Assembly (NCBI GenBank): GCA_049969935.1
Contig: JBMFNX010000001.1
Location: forward strand, 1,265 to 65,264
DNA: 64,000 nucleotides
Source: Nitrososphaeria archaeon
GTDB taxonomy: Archaea; Thermoproteota; Nitrososphaeria; JACIWG01
Reading direction: 5' to 3'
The notes under the pieces are model-generated. The model was given only the letters and a program-made list of their open reading frames with translations, made no database searches and was not told the origin of the DNA. The position numbers and the translations under genes were made by a program. Below, piece after piece: positions 19,893 to 29,310 of the stretch. The stretch's first letter is position 1. Each line of letters starts with the position of its first letter.

Positions 19893-21065
19893 TTAACTTT
19901 TAAGCGTCTCTAGGCCTAAAACTGTAAGAACATCCTCTAAGAAACTTGGATTAATATGATGCTTTGAACATTCCTTTACAAGAGAAATAAATAACTCAAC
20001 AGCCTTAGAAGTACACATGCCATTGAACAAATGTCTGAAAAATTGTTTTTTCATTTCTATCAAGTAATCGGGAGGGTTAGAGGGGGATAAACTTAGGTTA
20101 TATATTCTATATTTTATATCCTTAATAATATCCTCGAAAACTTCAAGCTGGTCTATAGAAAATTCTGTAGGTTCATCCCAGGGATAAGATAAGAAATAAA
20201 TTCTAATCGTTTCTGGAGAAAACCTTTTTAATATCTCGTTAACGTAAACGATATTTCCAAGAGACTTGGACATTTTCTTCCCACTTATTGTTAGAATACA
20301 TGTATGTACCCAATATGGTACATAAGGTTTAATGCCCTCGATTGCAGCACCTAAAGTTTCAATAAAATCATGATGAGGACATACAAGTTCAATAGCACCC
20401 CCATGAATATCGTGTGGGCCTTTAAACATTTCATGAGCTATTACTACATCTTGTAAATGCCATCCAGGACGACCTAATCCCCATGGAGAATCCCAATTTG
20501 GTTCCGAATTACATTTGAACCAAAGAAGGAAATCTATTGGAGCCCTTTTTCCAATATAGGAATCGAATCTCAAATCGTATAAAGTTGATTTATCAAAGCC
20601 TGAAACAGGTCCTCTGTCATATATTTTGTTAAATTCAAAAAAGATATTGCCATTAACGTTATAGGCTAGACCTTGGGATAGTAATTTTTTAATTTGTAAA
20701 ATATATTCTTTTATATAATTTGATGATCTAGGAAAGAAATTTGGCGTATTTATATTCAATTTTTCTAATATACTAATAGTATTTTTGGAAATCTTGTCTG
20801 CGAGTACATTAAATGGGCAACCCTCTTCATTTGCTTTCTCAAAAACATTTTCGTCGATGTCTGTGAAATTTAAACAAAATTTTACATTATAGTTTAAGTT
20901 CCTTAGAAAACGAACCAGAACATCAAAGAAGAAGAAGGTTTTCAGATGCCCAAGATGTAGTTCATCATAAACTGTAGGACCACAAACTTGTATGTTAAAA
21001 GTTATTTTAGAACGAGGTATAATTTCTGTTAATTTGCGATAGTTAGTTGTATATAGATACATCAT
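19893..21065 (-). CDS. cysteinyl-tRNA synthetase paralog (short, MshC-like architecture)
   Basis: VCGPTVYD, HLGH, NFTDIDE, SPWGLGRPGWH, KMSKSLGN; only 390 aa, no C-terminal anticodon domain. Confidence 0.85.
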   Translation of the reverse strand: MMYLYTTNYRKLTEIIPRSKITFNIQVCGPTVYDELHLGHLKTFFFFDVLVRFLRNLNYNVKFCLNFTDIDENVFEKANEEGCPFNVLADKISKNTISILEKLNINTPNFFPRSSNYIKEYILQIKKLLSQGLAYNVNGNIFFEFNKIYDRGPVSGFDKSTLYDLRFDSYIGKRAPIDFLLWFKCNSEPNWDSPWGLGRPGWHLQDVVIAHEMFKGPHDIHGGAIELVCPHHDFIETLGAAIEGIKPYVPYWVHTCILTISGKKMSKSLGNIVYVNEILKRFSPETIRIYFLSYPWDEPTEFSIDQLEVFEDIIKDIKYRIYNLSLSPSNPPDYLIEMKKQFFRHLFNGMCTSKAVELFISLVKECSKHHINPSFLEDVLTVLGLETLKS

Positions 21066-21099
21066 TAAACTAAAAAAATAATTAATATTTAAAGTATAT

Positions 21100-21405
21100 G
21101 TGCATTGTATGTCAAAAAAATGTTATGACAACTATATGCCTTTGAAGAAGAGTGTAAATATAAATGAGATTATGGATTATGTTGTCTTATTAGGAAATGA
21201 TGAGGGATTGAAGATTGAAGTTGAAGATTTAGGAGGAAAGAAGTTTAAAATTTATGTTAATAAGACGGGGTTAGAGTACGTAATAAGTATAGTCTATGAT
21301 AACAATAAAGAGGAAAACTTTATTTTTTCAAACGTTAACGAAATTTGTGAAAATTTATTTAAATTAATAGAGAAAAAGAGGGTTTTAGAGGCTATTTTAT
21401 ATTAA
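21100..21405 (+). CDS. hypothetical protein
   Basis: ORF fills the gap between the CysRS paralog and pfp; protein-like composition. Confidence 0.6.
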   Translation: MHCMSKKCYDNYMPLKKSVNINEIMDYVVLLGNDEGLKIEVEDLGGKKFKIYVNKTGLEYVISIVYDNNKEENFIFSNVNEICENLFKLIEKKRVLEAILY

Positions 21406-21420
21406 ATTCCAATTCCCCGC

Positions 21421-22449
21421 TTAATAAGAGAGAGCTTTAAGTGCATAATGAGTTTCTTTATCAAGAGACTTCATTTTTGACACTGCTTCATCTAAACTTA
21501 CATGCGTTATACTAGTACCTTTTAAGGCAACCATGAAACCGAATTTACCCTCTTTTACAAGTTCTACGGCTGCTAAACCGAATCTACTTGAAAGAACTCT
21601 ATCAAAGGCTGTAGGGATGCCGCCTCTTATTGTGTGGCCAAGAATGACGGCTCTAACTTCATAACCTGTTCTTTTCTCAATTTCTTCTGCAAGAAATTGG
21701 CCAATTCCACCAAGTTTTATGTGACCAAACTCATCAACTTTACCTTCTTTAACAAAAGTGGAAGACACATTTTTTAGTATTGCACCTTCAGCCACCACTA
21801 TGAGAGTAGCCTTTTCACCCTTTTCATACCTTTTTTTAACAAAATCTATAACTTCTTCTAAGTCAAATGGTTCTTCAGGCACTAGTGTTAGATGAGCGCC
21901 TGAGGCTATTCCCGCATAGGCGGCAACCCAACCTGCATGACGACCCATAACTTCAGCTACCATAACCCTATCGTGTGATTCTCCGGTTGTCATCAAATTA
22001 TCTAAAGCATGCATTGCTTCGTTAACAGCGGAGTCAAAACCGAAAGTATAGTCTGTAGCAGAAATGTCGTTGTCCATTGTCTTCGGAACGCCGACAACCT
22101 TCAAACCCATTTTGAACAATTTTGCAGCAACACTCAAGGTATCATCTCCACCGACAGCTATTATTGCATCCAATCCAAGCTTTTTTACATTATCAAGAAT
22201 TTTTTCAGGACCACCTGTATGCTTAAATGGGTTAGTCCTTGAAGTTTTTAAAATTGTACCTCCGAGTCTATGAATATTCGCTATATCTTTAAAAGAAAGT
22301 TTTGTAACATCAAGGTCCATTAGGCCACGCCATCCATATCTTATACCTAAAACTTCCCATCCATACTCTTCAGCTCGTTTAGTTACTGCTCTTATTACTG
22401 CATTTAAGCCTGCACAGTCGCCTCCGCCAGTTAATATTCCTATTTTCAT
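21421..22449 (-). CDS. pfp: PfkA-family phosphofructokinase, PPi-dependent signature
   Basis: TGGGDCAG, GGDDT (Asp104), PKTMDND (Lys124), EVMGRHAG. Confidence 0.92.
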   Translation of the reverse strand: MKIGILTGGGDCAGLNAVIRAVTKRAEEYGWEVLGIRYGWRGLMDLDVTKLSFKDIANIHRLGGTILKTSRTNPFKHTGGPEKILDNVKKLGLDAIIAVGGDDTLSVAAKLFKMGLKVVGVPKTMDNDISATDYTFGFDSAVNEAMHALDNLMTTGESHDRVMVAEVMGRHAGWVAAYAGIASGAHLTLVPEEPFDLEEVIDFVKKRYEKGEKATLIVVAEGAILKNVSSTFVKEGKVDEFGHIKLGGIGQFLAEEIEKRTGYEVRAVILGHTIRGGIPTAFDRVLSSRFGLAAVELVKEGKFGFMVALKGTSITHVSLDEAVSKMKSLDKETHYALKALSY

Positions 22450-22463
22450 TTTACCCGTTCACT

Positions 22464-23240
22464 CTATTCTTTCAATATATGCACTGCCTCATCTAAACTT
22501 TTACCTTCAATAACTAGAGCGCGTAAGGCCTTCGCCATCTTTAGGGGCTCTTCATGCTGCCAAACGTTTCGGCCCACTGCCAAACCGACTCCGCCTGCAT
22601 CTATTACACCCTTTACTTGCTGTAAAAATGATTCTTCTGTCGGAGCTTTTGGACCGCCTGACATTAGGACCTTAGCTTTTCCTGCAGACTTCACAGCCCA
22701 GCTGAATGTGTTTGGGTCTCCGGTGTATTTGATTTTTACTGCGTCAGCACCGAGTTCTAGGCCTATTCTTGCAGCATATGCGACCATTTCTTTACTAGTA
22801 TCATCTTTTACAGCTTCACCTCTAGGATAGACCCATGCAATTACTGCAAGACCATATTTTCTAGCCTCCTCCTGTATTCTTCCAAACTCTTGGAACATTA
22901 TGTTTTCGTGTATGCTTCCAGGATATATTGTGTAGCCTACAGCCTTAGCGCCCAAGCTTACAGCATATTCTACACTACAGTTCTGTCTTGAGACTGGATC
23001 ACCTTTCACAATGTTTGTCTTCCCATTAAGCTTTAGAATTAGTGGAACTTTGCCATTATAATATTTTTCGGCTAAGCCTTTTTGAAGAGCGATGCCATTA
23101 AATTTTCCTTTCTCAGCAATTTCCATAACAAATGCTGGATCAACACTTTTTTCATTAAAGTCTGTTGGGCCATGCTCAATACCATGATCGTATGCAAGGA
23201 TTATGGATCGTCCATTTTCAAGGAAAATGTCAAAACCCAT
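22464..23240 (-). CDS. fba: archaeal-type class I fructose-bisphosphate aldolase
   Basis: AYDHGIEHGP, WVYPRG, ELGADAVKIKY, GRNVWQ. Confidence 0.95.
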   Translation of the reverse strand: MGFDIFLENGRSIILAYDHGIEHGPTDFNEKSVDPAFVMEIAEKGKFNGIALQKGLAEKYYNGKVPLILKLNGKTNIVKGDPVSRQNCSVEYAVSLGAKAVGYTIYPGSIHENIMFQEFGRIQEEARKYGLAVIAWVYPRGEAVKDDTSKEMVAYAARIGLELGADAVKIKYTGDPNTFSWAVKSAGKAKVLMSGGPKAPTEESFLQQVKGVIDAGGVGLAVGRNVWQHEEPLKMAKALRALVIEGKSLDEAVHILKE

Positions 23241-23362
23241 ACTTATTCCCCTAATGAAGGGAGAAAGCCAATATATTAATTTTTACTCTATACTTCTTTC
23301 GAGATAATTTAAAAGATTCTAAAAAATGATTTTGTTACCTTTAATATTTAACGTCAATATTA

Positions 23363-24499
23363 TTATTTTTCTAGAAAAATAAGACTTTCGAGTGCGATAC
23401 CAATTTTTTTCCTATTAGGGTCGGTAACAGTTCTCTTGTTCACATGAACTATCCTTTTGACATAGAATCCAATATCTTTAGCTATTTCGGAAAGGATAAT
23501 TGGGACGGGTATAATCTTGTCTGGAAAAACACCCTCACCTACAACGAGAACTGCATTCCCCCTTTCATTAAGGAGTCTATATATTTCAGAGAGGGCATCT
23601 TTCATATCCCTAAAATATGCTTTCCCTATTGGAGGGACATCCAAATAATTAAAATCACTGTAATTTTTTTCAATATCTATTCCAATATATGACCTGAGGC
23701 CATGGATGTCAATTTTTGTTTGGTTAAAAAAGAGTTCATTTTCAATAGAATATACTTTGATATAATCTATTATGTTAAGGTATGGAGGAGAGGTTATAAC
23801 CGCGTTGAAACTACGATCTTCTAAGAAATCTAATCTTCTTGCATCAGCATGATAGACTTTAATAATTGATTTTTTTGTTTGTAAAGTTTTAAGATCATAA
23901 AACATTTTTTTTACAACCCTTTTAAATACTGGTCTTAAGGGAGGAATATGTTTTCTTTTCCTAAATTTTATCACGGCACCGTCCTTGTAAGCCATAGAAA
24001 CTTTGTTGGCAGCAATCATGAGAGCCAAAGTGAAGAAGTTCTTTGCCAAAACATCTCTTATCTCGCTTATAACTTGTTTAAAAAAAAGTATATCCTCTAA
24101 AGCATATTTAGTAAATGCTCTTCTAACTAAGGGACTTAAACCTTCGATAGAAGGTTTTGTGAACCTTTTACTAAATATATCTTGCGCCACACTCTTTAGG
24201 TATCTTAAGTCATAATCCATCGTCTTTACTTGGGAAAGGAAAACGGCTAATGGCATAATGTCTACACCTACGGAATTTATGCCTCTCTCTTTTGATGCTA
24301 AAAGTGTTGTTCCCGAACCACAAAAGGGGTCCAGTACCCAATCACCTTCCCTTAATTTAAATTGATCAAAAATCATCATCACAAAATCTCTTGAAAACCC
24401 TTCCTTAAAATGAAACCAATTGTATACAGGATGTTTTTTATTGGGGACAAATGTTACTAATGGCCCAAGTTCAAATTTTTCTTCTATTATGTAGTCCAT
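23363..24499 (-). CDS. amino-DNA methyltransferase (probably N4-cytosine), orphan
   Basis: Motif I LDPFCGSGTT precedes motif IV TSPPY. Confidence 0.88.
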   Translation of the reverse strand: MDYIIEEKFELGPLVTFVPNKKHPVYNWFHFKEGFSRDFVMMIFDQFKLREGDWVLDPFCGSGTTLLASKERGINSVGVDIMPLAVFLSQVKTMDYDLRYLKSVAQDIFSKRFTKPSIEGLSPLVRRAFTKYALEDILFFKQVISEIRDVLAKNFFTLALMIAANKVSMAYKDGAVIKFRKRKHIPPLRPVFKRVVKKMFYDLKTLQTKKSIIKVYHADARRLDFLEDRSFNAVITSPPYLNIIDYIKVYSIENELFFNQTKIDIHGLRSYIGIDIEKNYSDFNYLDVPPIGKAYFRDMKDALSEIYRLLNERGNAVLVVGEGVFPDKIIPVPIILSEIAKDIGFYVKRIVHVNKRTVTDPNRKKIGIALESLIFLEK

Positions 24500-24554
24500 A
24501 AGTTGTTTAGATGATTATTTTCGACAAATTTATAGTTAACGCATAATTATTAAA

Positions 24555-26336
24555 CTAGAAGTCCATAGAATTTAATATTTCTTCTGGCAATCCTGGACAT
24601 TGTACTTTTAAAAAGTATTTACTTTTTATCACTTGAGCTCTAATCAATTCTTCCATTTCACGATGTGTACGATAAGATAGTGGATTTAATTCTTTTAACC
24701 TACCACTGGAAAGCCCTTCGACCTTTACTGGAACAAGAACCTTTTTACCCCATATAGGATGCACATCATATTCAACTGCACCTCGAACAGCCTGTAAAAG
24801 GAAAAGTTCTGTTTCCTCTATAGTTGGACTTGTTCCACCAACCGGTTTTGGTATACCGTTTGAATTTAATTCAAGTTTCGTTACAGGCATCTTAAAAGTT
24901 CTTTCACCCAATCTTTCTTCAATCCAATCATATTTTGCACCAATTCTTCCAACAGTATTAAGCATGTAAATTTCTATCAAAACTCCTTTCTCTCTTAACT
25001 TTTTTAAGATTTCATAAAATCGTAGTACATGCATTGTACTTTTAACACCCATTGTAAAAGGCAGACAATATCTAGTTTCATAAATTTCTTTACCTACTAC
25101 TGAAAGTGATTGTGCCGGATGACCTACAGTTCTACCGTCAGCGAGAACCTTGGCAGCAAATGCAAGGTCTTCAATTTTTACCCAAGCGTAATCACAAAGA
25201 TTACCTGGACTAATGAAGACCGCAGTATTTAATGGCCCACTGGAATCTATTTGACCATCAAAGTACCCTGTGTCTGCTAAATCAAATACACTTCTTGCAT
25301 TTTTATTGGGGGAACCACAGTACTGGAAAAGTTTACCTTCTAAACTTGGATTCCCATTAGGGTCAAATTCAGTATTTTCATGTAAAGCTTTTGGTGACAT
25401 TGCAGCCTTTAATATTGGAAGCTGATGCTCATTAACATCCTCGGTTTTTGTCCATGAGCCCTTTTCGGACCCGTATACTCGATCTTCAAATATTGCAACT
25501 ATATCATCGTTTCTTATTACTTGGTCGGATACATATAATGTTGGGTCCACGCCAAATTGTTTTATAAATAGGTGTTTGTTATGTTCACCAAAAACATACA
25601 TGCCATGTGTGGATTTGCCGGTACCAGTCAAGCCCCACACGCACATTATAACCCTTTTACTTTTACCTTCCACAGTCTTTACTGTAAACTCTCTTAGAGC
25701 AGCATGCTCACCACAGCCACCTTTCTTATAAACAAAATAGATCCAGTGTGCAAGAAAACCTTTTTTAACTTCACCTTGATATGAGCTACATGTAACAATC
25801 GTATAGTCGTGATGGGGAAAACGTAGCACCCTTAGCATCTGATTAGTTCCAGGAATATTTGGATTTCCTAAATAATGGGGTATTTCAAACAACATTACAT
25901 CCGGTTCTTCATCTGATGGGGCTGGAAAATTAATTTTAGACCATCGGAATGCGATATCAGGGAATTGGGGGTCACAGTATAATCGTGCATGCATTCTTAC
26001 TGGAGAAGCATTAGAACCTAAATAGCAATCAACTTGTATCAAAGGACCCTGCGCTAGAATATGCTCTAAGACTCTCATCATCAAAAACTTGTATTCAGGC
26101 AAAAGTTCATTATCATCTTCCACAACAACGGTTCCGTTTGCTGACCTATGCCATATATTTGAAGCCCATCCCCAAGAACCGTTTTTGAATCCTATACCAT
26201 ACAGTTTTGCACGTTCAAAAAGATCTGGAGGATTATTTAAAATTGCCTTTAAACCAGCTTTCTCCTTAAGCATAATAATTTTAAAAAATAAATCCTTAAA
26301 CCCTTGAATCGTAATCTCATCCTGCTTAATAAGCAA
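24555..26336 (-). CDS. phosphoenolpyruvate carboxykinase, ATP-type-like
   Basis: YQGEVKKG, EHA, P-loop GLTGTGKST, NDD, KTE, NARS motifs. Confidence 0.8.
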   Translation of the reverse strand: MLIKQDEITIQGFKDLFFKIIMLKEKAGLKAILNNPPDLFERAKLYGIGFKNGSWGWASNIWHRSANGTVVVEDDNELLPEYKFLMMRVLEHILAQGPLIQVDCYLGSNASPVRMHARLYCDPQFPDIAFRWSKINFPAPSDEEPDVMLFEIPHYLGNPNIPGTNQMLRVLRFPHHDYTIVTCSSYQGEVKKGFLAHWIYFVYKKGGCGEHAALREFTVKTVEGKSKRVIMCVWGLTGTGKSTHGMYVFGEHNKHLFIKQFGVDPTLYVSDQVIRNDDIVAIFEDRVYGSEKGSWTKTEDVNEHQLPILKAAMSPKALHENTEFDPNGNPSLEGKLFQYCGSPNKNARSVFDLADTGYFDGQIDSSGPLNTAVFISPGNLCDYAWVKIEDLAFAAKVLADGRTVGHPAQSLSVVGKEIYETRYCLPFTMGVKSTMHVLRFYEILKKLREKGVLIEIYMLNTVGRIGAKYDWIEERLGERTFKMPVTKLELNSNGIPKPVGGTSPTIEETELFLLQAVRGAVEYDVHPIWGKKVLVPVKVEGLSSGRLKELNPLSYRTHREMEELIRAQVIKSKYFLKVQCPGLPEEILNSMDF

Positions 26337-26668
26337 GATAAATACCCACCTCTACTATTATGCTAGTAGAACAATATCTTCCGTGAGCAAGGGAATGATA
26401 TTTCATGGACGAATCGCTGAAAAAGCGCATAAAATTCCATAAATAAATTTTATCTACAAAAAACAAACTTTTTGATAACAAAAAATATTGTATCCCAACA
26501 ATCTGCAAATCAAACAACAGCATTACAAACAACTATCTGACATAATGCCAACACAAATTCAATTTAACTTTCAAAATTTTATTAAAAACAAAAATTACTG
26601 CTATAATACCATAATAGCAAACAAATACTTGACAATACGGCAAAACATGCATTAAAATAGATTCATAA

Positions 26669-26753
26669 TGCAGGGGGTGGGATTTGAACCCACGAACCCC
26701 TACGGGACAGGGTTCTAAGCCCTGCGCCTTTGACCTGGCTTGGCAACCCCTGC
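26669..26753 (-). tRNA. tRNA-Leu(TAG)
   Basis: GCAGGGG...CCCCTGCA, anticodon arm CAGGG-CTTAGAA-CCCTG, long variable arm. Confidence 0.96.
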
Positions 26754-27456
26754 GCCTCGTTTATTGAGTTTTAGTTGTTGTGATTTAAAGTTTTCTCCTA
26801 TGGAAATGCATAATTGGAGAATAGGATTCTTTTAAAAGGAATGATTAAAAAATTAAGAAGTTAGGGGATAATTATGTGCAAGGAGAGATTAGGTTGAGTA
26901 ATTTTATTTTTAAGAAAATTTTCGATACAGTTGATAATGCTTTGAAGGGAAACTGATAAAGTGGGAGTGAATATAGCATATTGGAGTAAAGAGATTCTTC
27001 TTTTTACAATATTTTTTATTGCACATAGGTTAAGTAAGATAACAAGGACAATTGATGTTATAGAGATATATTGTTAAAGTTAGATGCTAGAGTAATAGAA
27101 TTAAAGGTATCTGAAGTTAAGGATTTTAATGATGTCACATTTATACAATGTTAAAGAGACTAAAGAGAAAATGCTTGATCTTAATAACCAAATTTTAGAT
27201 GAAGTTTTTCTAAACTTTCCATAGATGGTGTTAGAAAGGAGAACATACATTTAGAGAGCACTCCTTTGATGTTAGAGAACCTTTTTTAAAGATGATGAAT
27301 TCGAGTTTAAGATTTCTTGTTTTGGCCGATTAGAGGGAGTGTGAAACTGCTTCTAGCCTGCGTTAAGTTTATTAATTCCACGGAATCTTTGGATAGGATA
27401 GAAAAAGCCCGAATGCCCTCTTATGGGCGATATGTGGGGGTTAGAGCAGCCAGATA

Positions 27457-27554
27457 GATGTGCCGTCTTCAACCGTTCACGGCGAAAGCCTCCCCATGAC
27501 ACGAGGGAGGATGATGAGCGTTACACAAGTTAACGCTCAAACAGAACGGTTGAA
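27457..27554 (+). mobile_element. IS607/IS605-type right-end relic, TnpB omegaRNA-like structure without tnpB
   Basis: Hairpin GCCGT/ACGGC whose loop CCGTTC is complementary to terminal GAACGG; hairpins CCTCCC/GGGAGG and TGAGCGTTA/TAACGCTCA; resembles recalled tnpB 3' regions of thermophilic archaea. Confidence 0.55.
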
Positions 27555-27707
27555 ACATATGTTGAAGCTTATTAATTATAAAGGATAGAAGGATAATATA
27601 TAATGTTAGGGTGAGTGGGAAAGTTAGTATAAAAGAATTTTCAATGGTTAGAGATAAGGTTACAGTTGTACTTGAATAGGATACTATTTTCTATCCATTT
27701 TTATGTT

Positions 27708-27779
27708 TGATTCAGGTGAGATGCATTTCTTCATAGGGCGTGTCCTACCCTCTGTGCAGATTAGTGTCATCACATTATC
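27708..27779 (-). ncRNA. box C/D guide sRNA
   Basis: Minus strand: C GTGATGA, 12-nt guide, D' CAGA, short hairpin, C' ATGAAGA, 12-nt guide, D CTGA. Confidence 0.85.
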
Positions 27780-27848
27780 TGAGAATACGTTAATAGAAAT
27801 ATTTATTATTTTCCCTTTTTATTTTTAAAATCATCTATTCCTATGCTC

Positions 27849-28784
27849 TTACACTTTTGCGTCTAAGATAGACGATAGAAGGGCTGCTCGTAACTTTTTC
27901 CCATACAATGTTTGTTTAAAGTATCTCGCATAACGTGAACTATCTACTTCATAAGAGATTTCGTCTACTCGAGGTAATGGATGTAATATTATTAGGTCTT
28001 CTTTTGCTTTTTGTAGAATTTTTAAGTTCACTACATAAGAGCTTCTTACTTTTTCGTATTCTGCAAGGTCTGGAAAACGTTCTTTTTGAATTCTTGTCAC
28101 ATAAAGTACATCAAGTTCTGGCAAAACTTCTTCAACATTATCATGTTCAGAAAGTGCAACCTTCTTTTCTAGGTCAAAGAAAATTTCTCTTCTTACTCTC
28201 AACATCGGATGTGAAATAAGTTTTATTTTTACATTGAACAATGATAAAGCGTACAAAAGTGAGTATACTGTTCGCCCATACTTTAAATCGCCCAAAATGC
28301 CTATATTTAAACCATCGATTACACCCTTTTCCTTGATTATTGTATAAAGATCTGTCATTGCTTGTGTAGGATGTTCCTCTGTACCACTTCCTCCATTTAT
28401 TATTGGCTTGTTTGAAACTTCTGCCGCAAACTTAGCGGCACCATCTTTATAATGGCGTATAACAATTACATCAACATAGTTTTCTACAGTTCTTATTGTA
28501 TCAGCTAAATTTTCGCCTTTTTCAACTGAGGAGGTTCGAGGTTCCGCGAATCCTAAACATTTACCACCAAGCCATAACATTGCAGCTTCAAAGCTTAATC
28601 TAGTTCTAGTGCTTGGTTCGAAAAAAAGATAACCTAAAATTTTTCCTTCAAGAATATGTCCACGTTCTTTTTCGGACAAATTTTCTATTTTATCGGCTAC
28701 ACCAAAAAGATATAGGAGATCGTTTTTAGAAAAATCTTTTATTGAGACCACGTCCCTATTTTTAAAGGGATTAACCATCATCAA
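27849..28784 (-). CDS. pyrB: aspartate carbamoyltransferase catalytic subunit
   Basis: FFEPSTRTRLSF, HPTQ, RIQKERF, HPLPR. Confidence 0.98.
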   Translation of the reverse strand: MMMVNPFKNRDVVSIKDFSKNDLLYLFGVADKIENLSEKERGHILEGKILGYLFFEPSTRTRLSFEAAMLWLGGKCLGFAEPRTSSVEKGENLADTIRTVENYVDVIVIRHYKDGAAKFAAEVSNKPIINGGSGTEEHPTQAMTDLYTIIKEKGVIDGLNIGILGDLKYGRTVYSLLYALSLFNVKIKLISHPMLRVRREIFFDLEKKVALSEHDNVEEVLPELDVLYVTRIQKERFPDLAEYEKVRSSYVVNLKILQKAKEDLIILHPLPRVDEISYEVDSSRYARYFKQTLYGKKLRAALLSSILDAKV

Positions 28785-28844
28785 TCACCCTATAAGTTTG
28801 TAAACATTTAAAATAAAAATATATGTGTAGGTTGATATGAGTGA

Positions 28845-29309
28845 TTGAGTGCAATGCCAGAAAAGGAGTTGTTGGTACAGAAAATAAAGAATGGGACTGT
28901 TATAGATCATATAGTAGCTGGGAAAGCACTTCAAGTACTTTCTATATTAGGTGTTAGCGGTTCCGAAGGTAAAACGATAACTATTGCTATGAATGTTCCT
29001 AGTAAAAAGTATGGTAGGAAGGATATTGTTAAAATTGAAGACACATACTTGTCTCCTGAAATTACGAATAAAATTTCACTAATTACACCTCACGCTACTG
29101 TTAATATTATTAGAGAATATGAGGTTGTTGAAAAGAGGCCATTAGAATTACCGGATGAAATTATAGGTTTATTTAAGTGCCCGAATCCCAACTGCATAAC
29201 TAATGCCAGTGAACCAATAGAAACGAAATTTTATTTGCCATCAAAGGATCCTCCGCTTCTAAGATGCAAATATTGTGAAAGAATATATGCACCCTCTGAG
29301 GTAATATAG
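28845..29309 (+). CDS. pyrI: aspartate carbamoyltransferase regulatory subunit
   Basis: IKNGTVIDHI, CPNPNCIT, CKYCE. Confidence 0.98.
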   Translation: MSAMPEKELLVQKIKNGTVIDHIVAGKALQVLSILGVSGSEGKTITIAMNVPSKKYGRKDIVKIEDTYLSPEITNKISLITPHATVNIIREYEVVEKRPLELPDEIIGLFKCPNPNCITNASEPIETKFYLPSKDPPLLRCKYCERIYAPSEVI

Positions 29310-29310
29310 A

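Noticed and set aside
26326-26532. 68-aa minus-strand ORF upstream of PEPCK
   Set aside because: Product of a T/G-rich low-complexity tract overlapping the PEPCK promoter and SD; no family features
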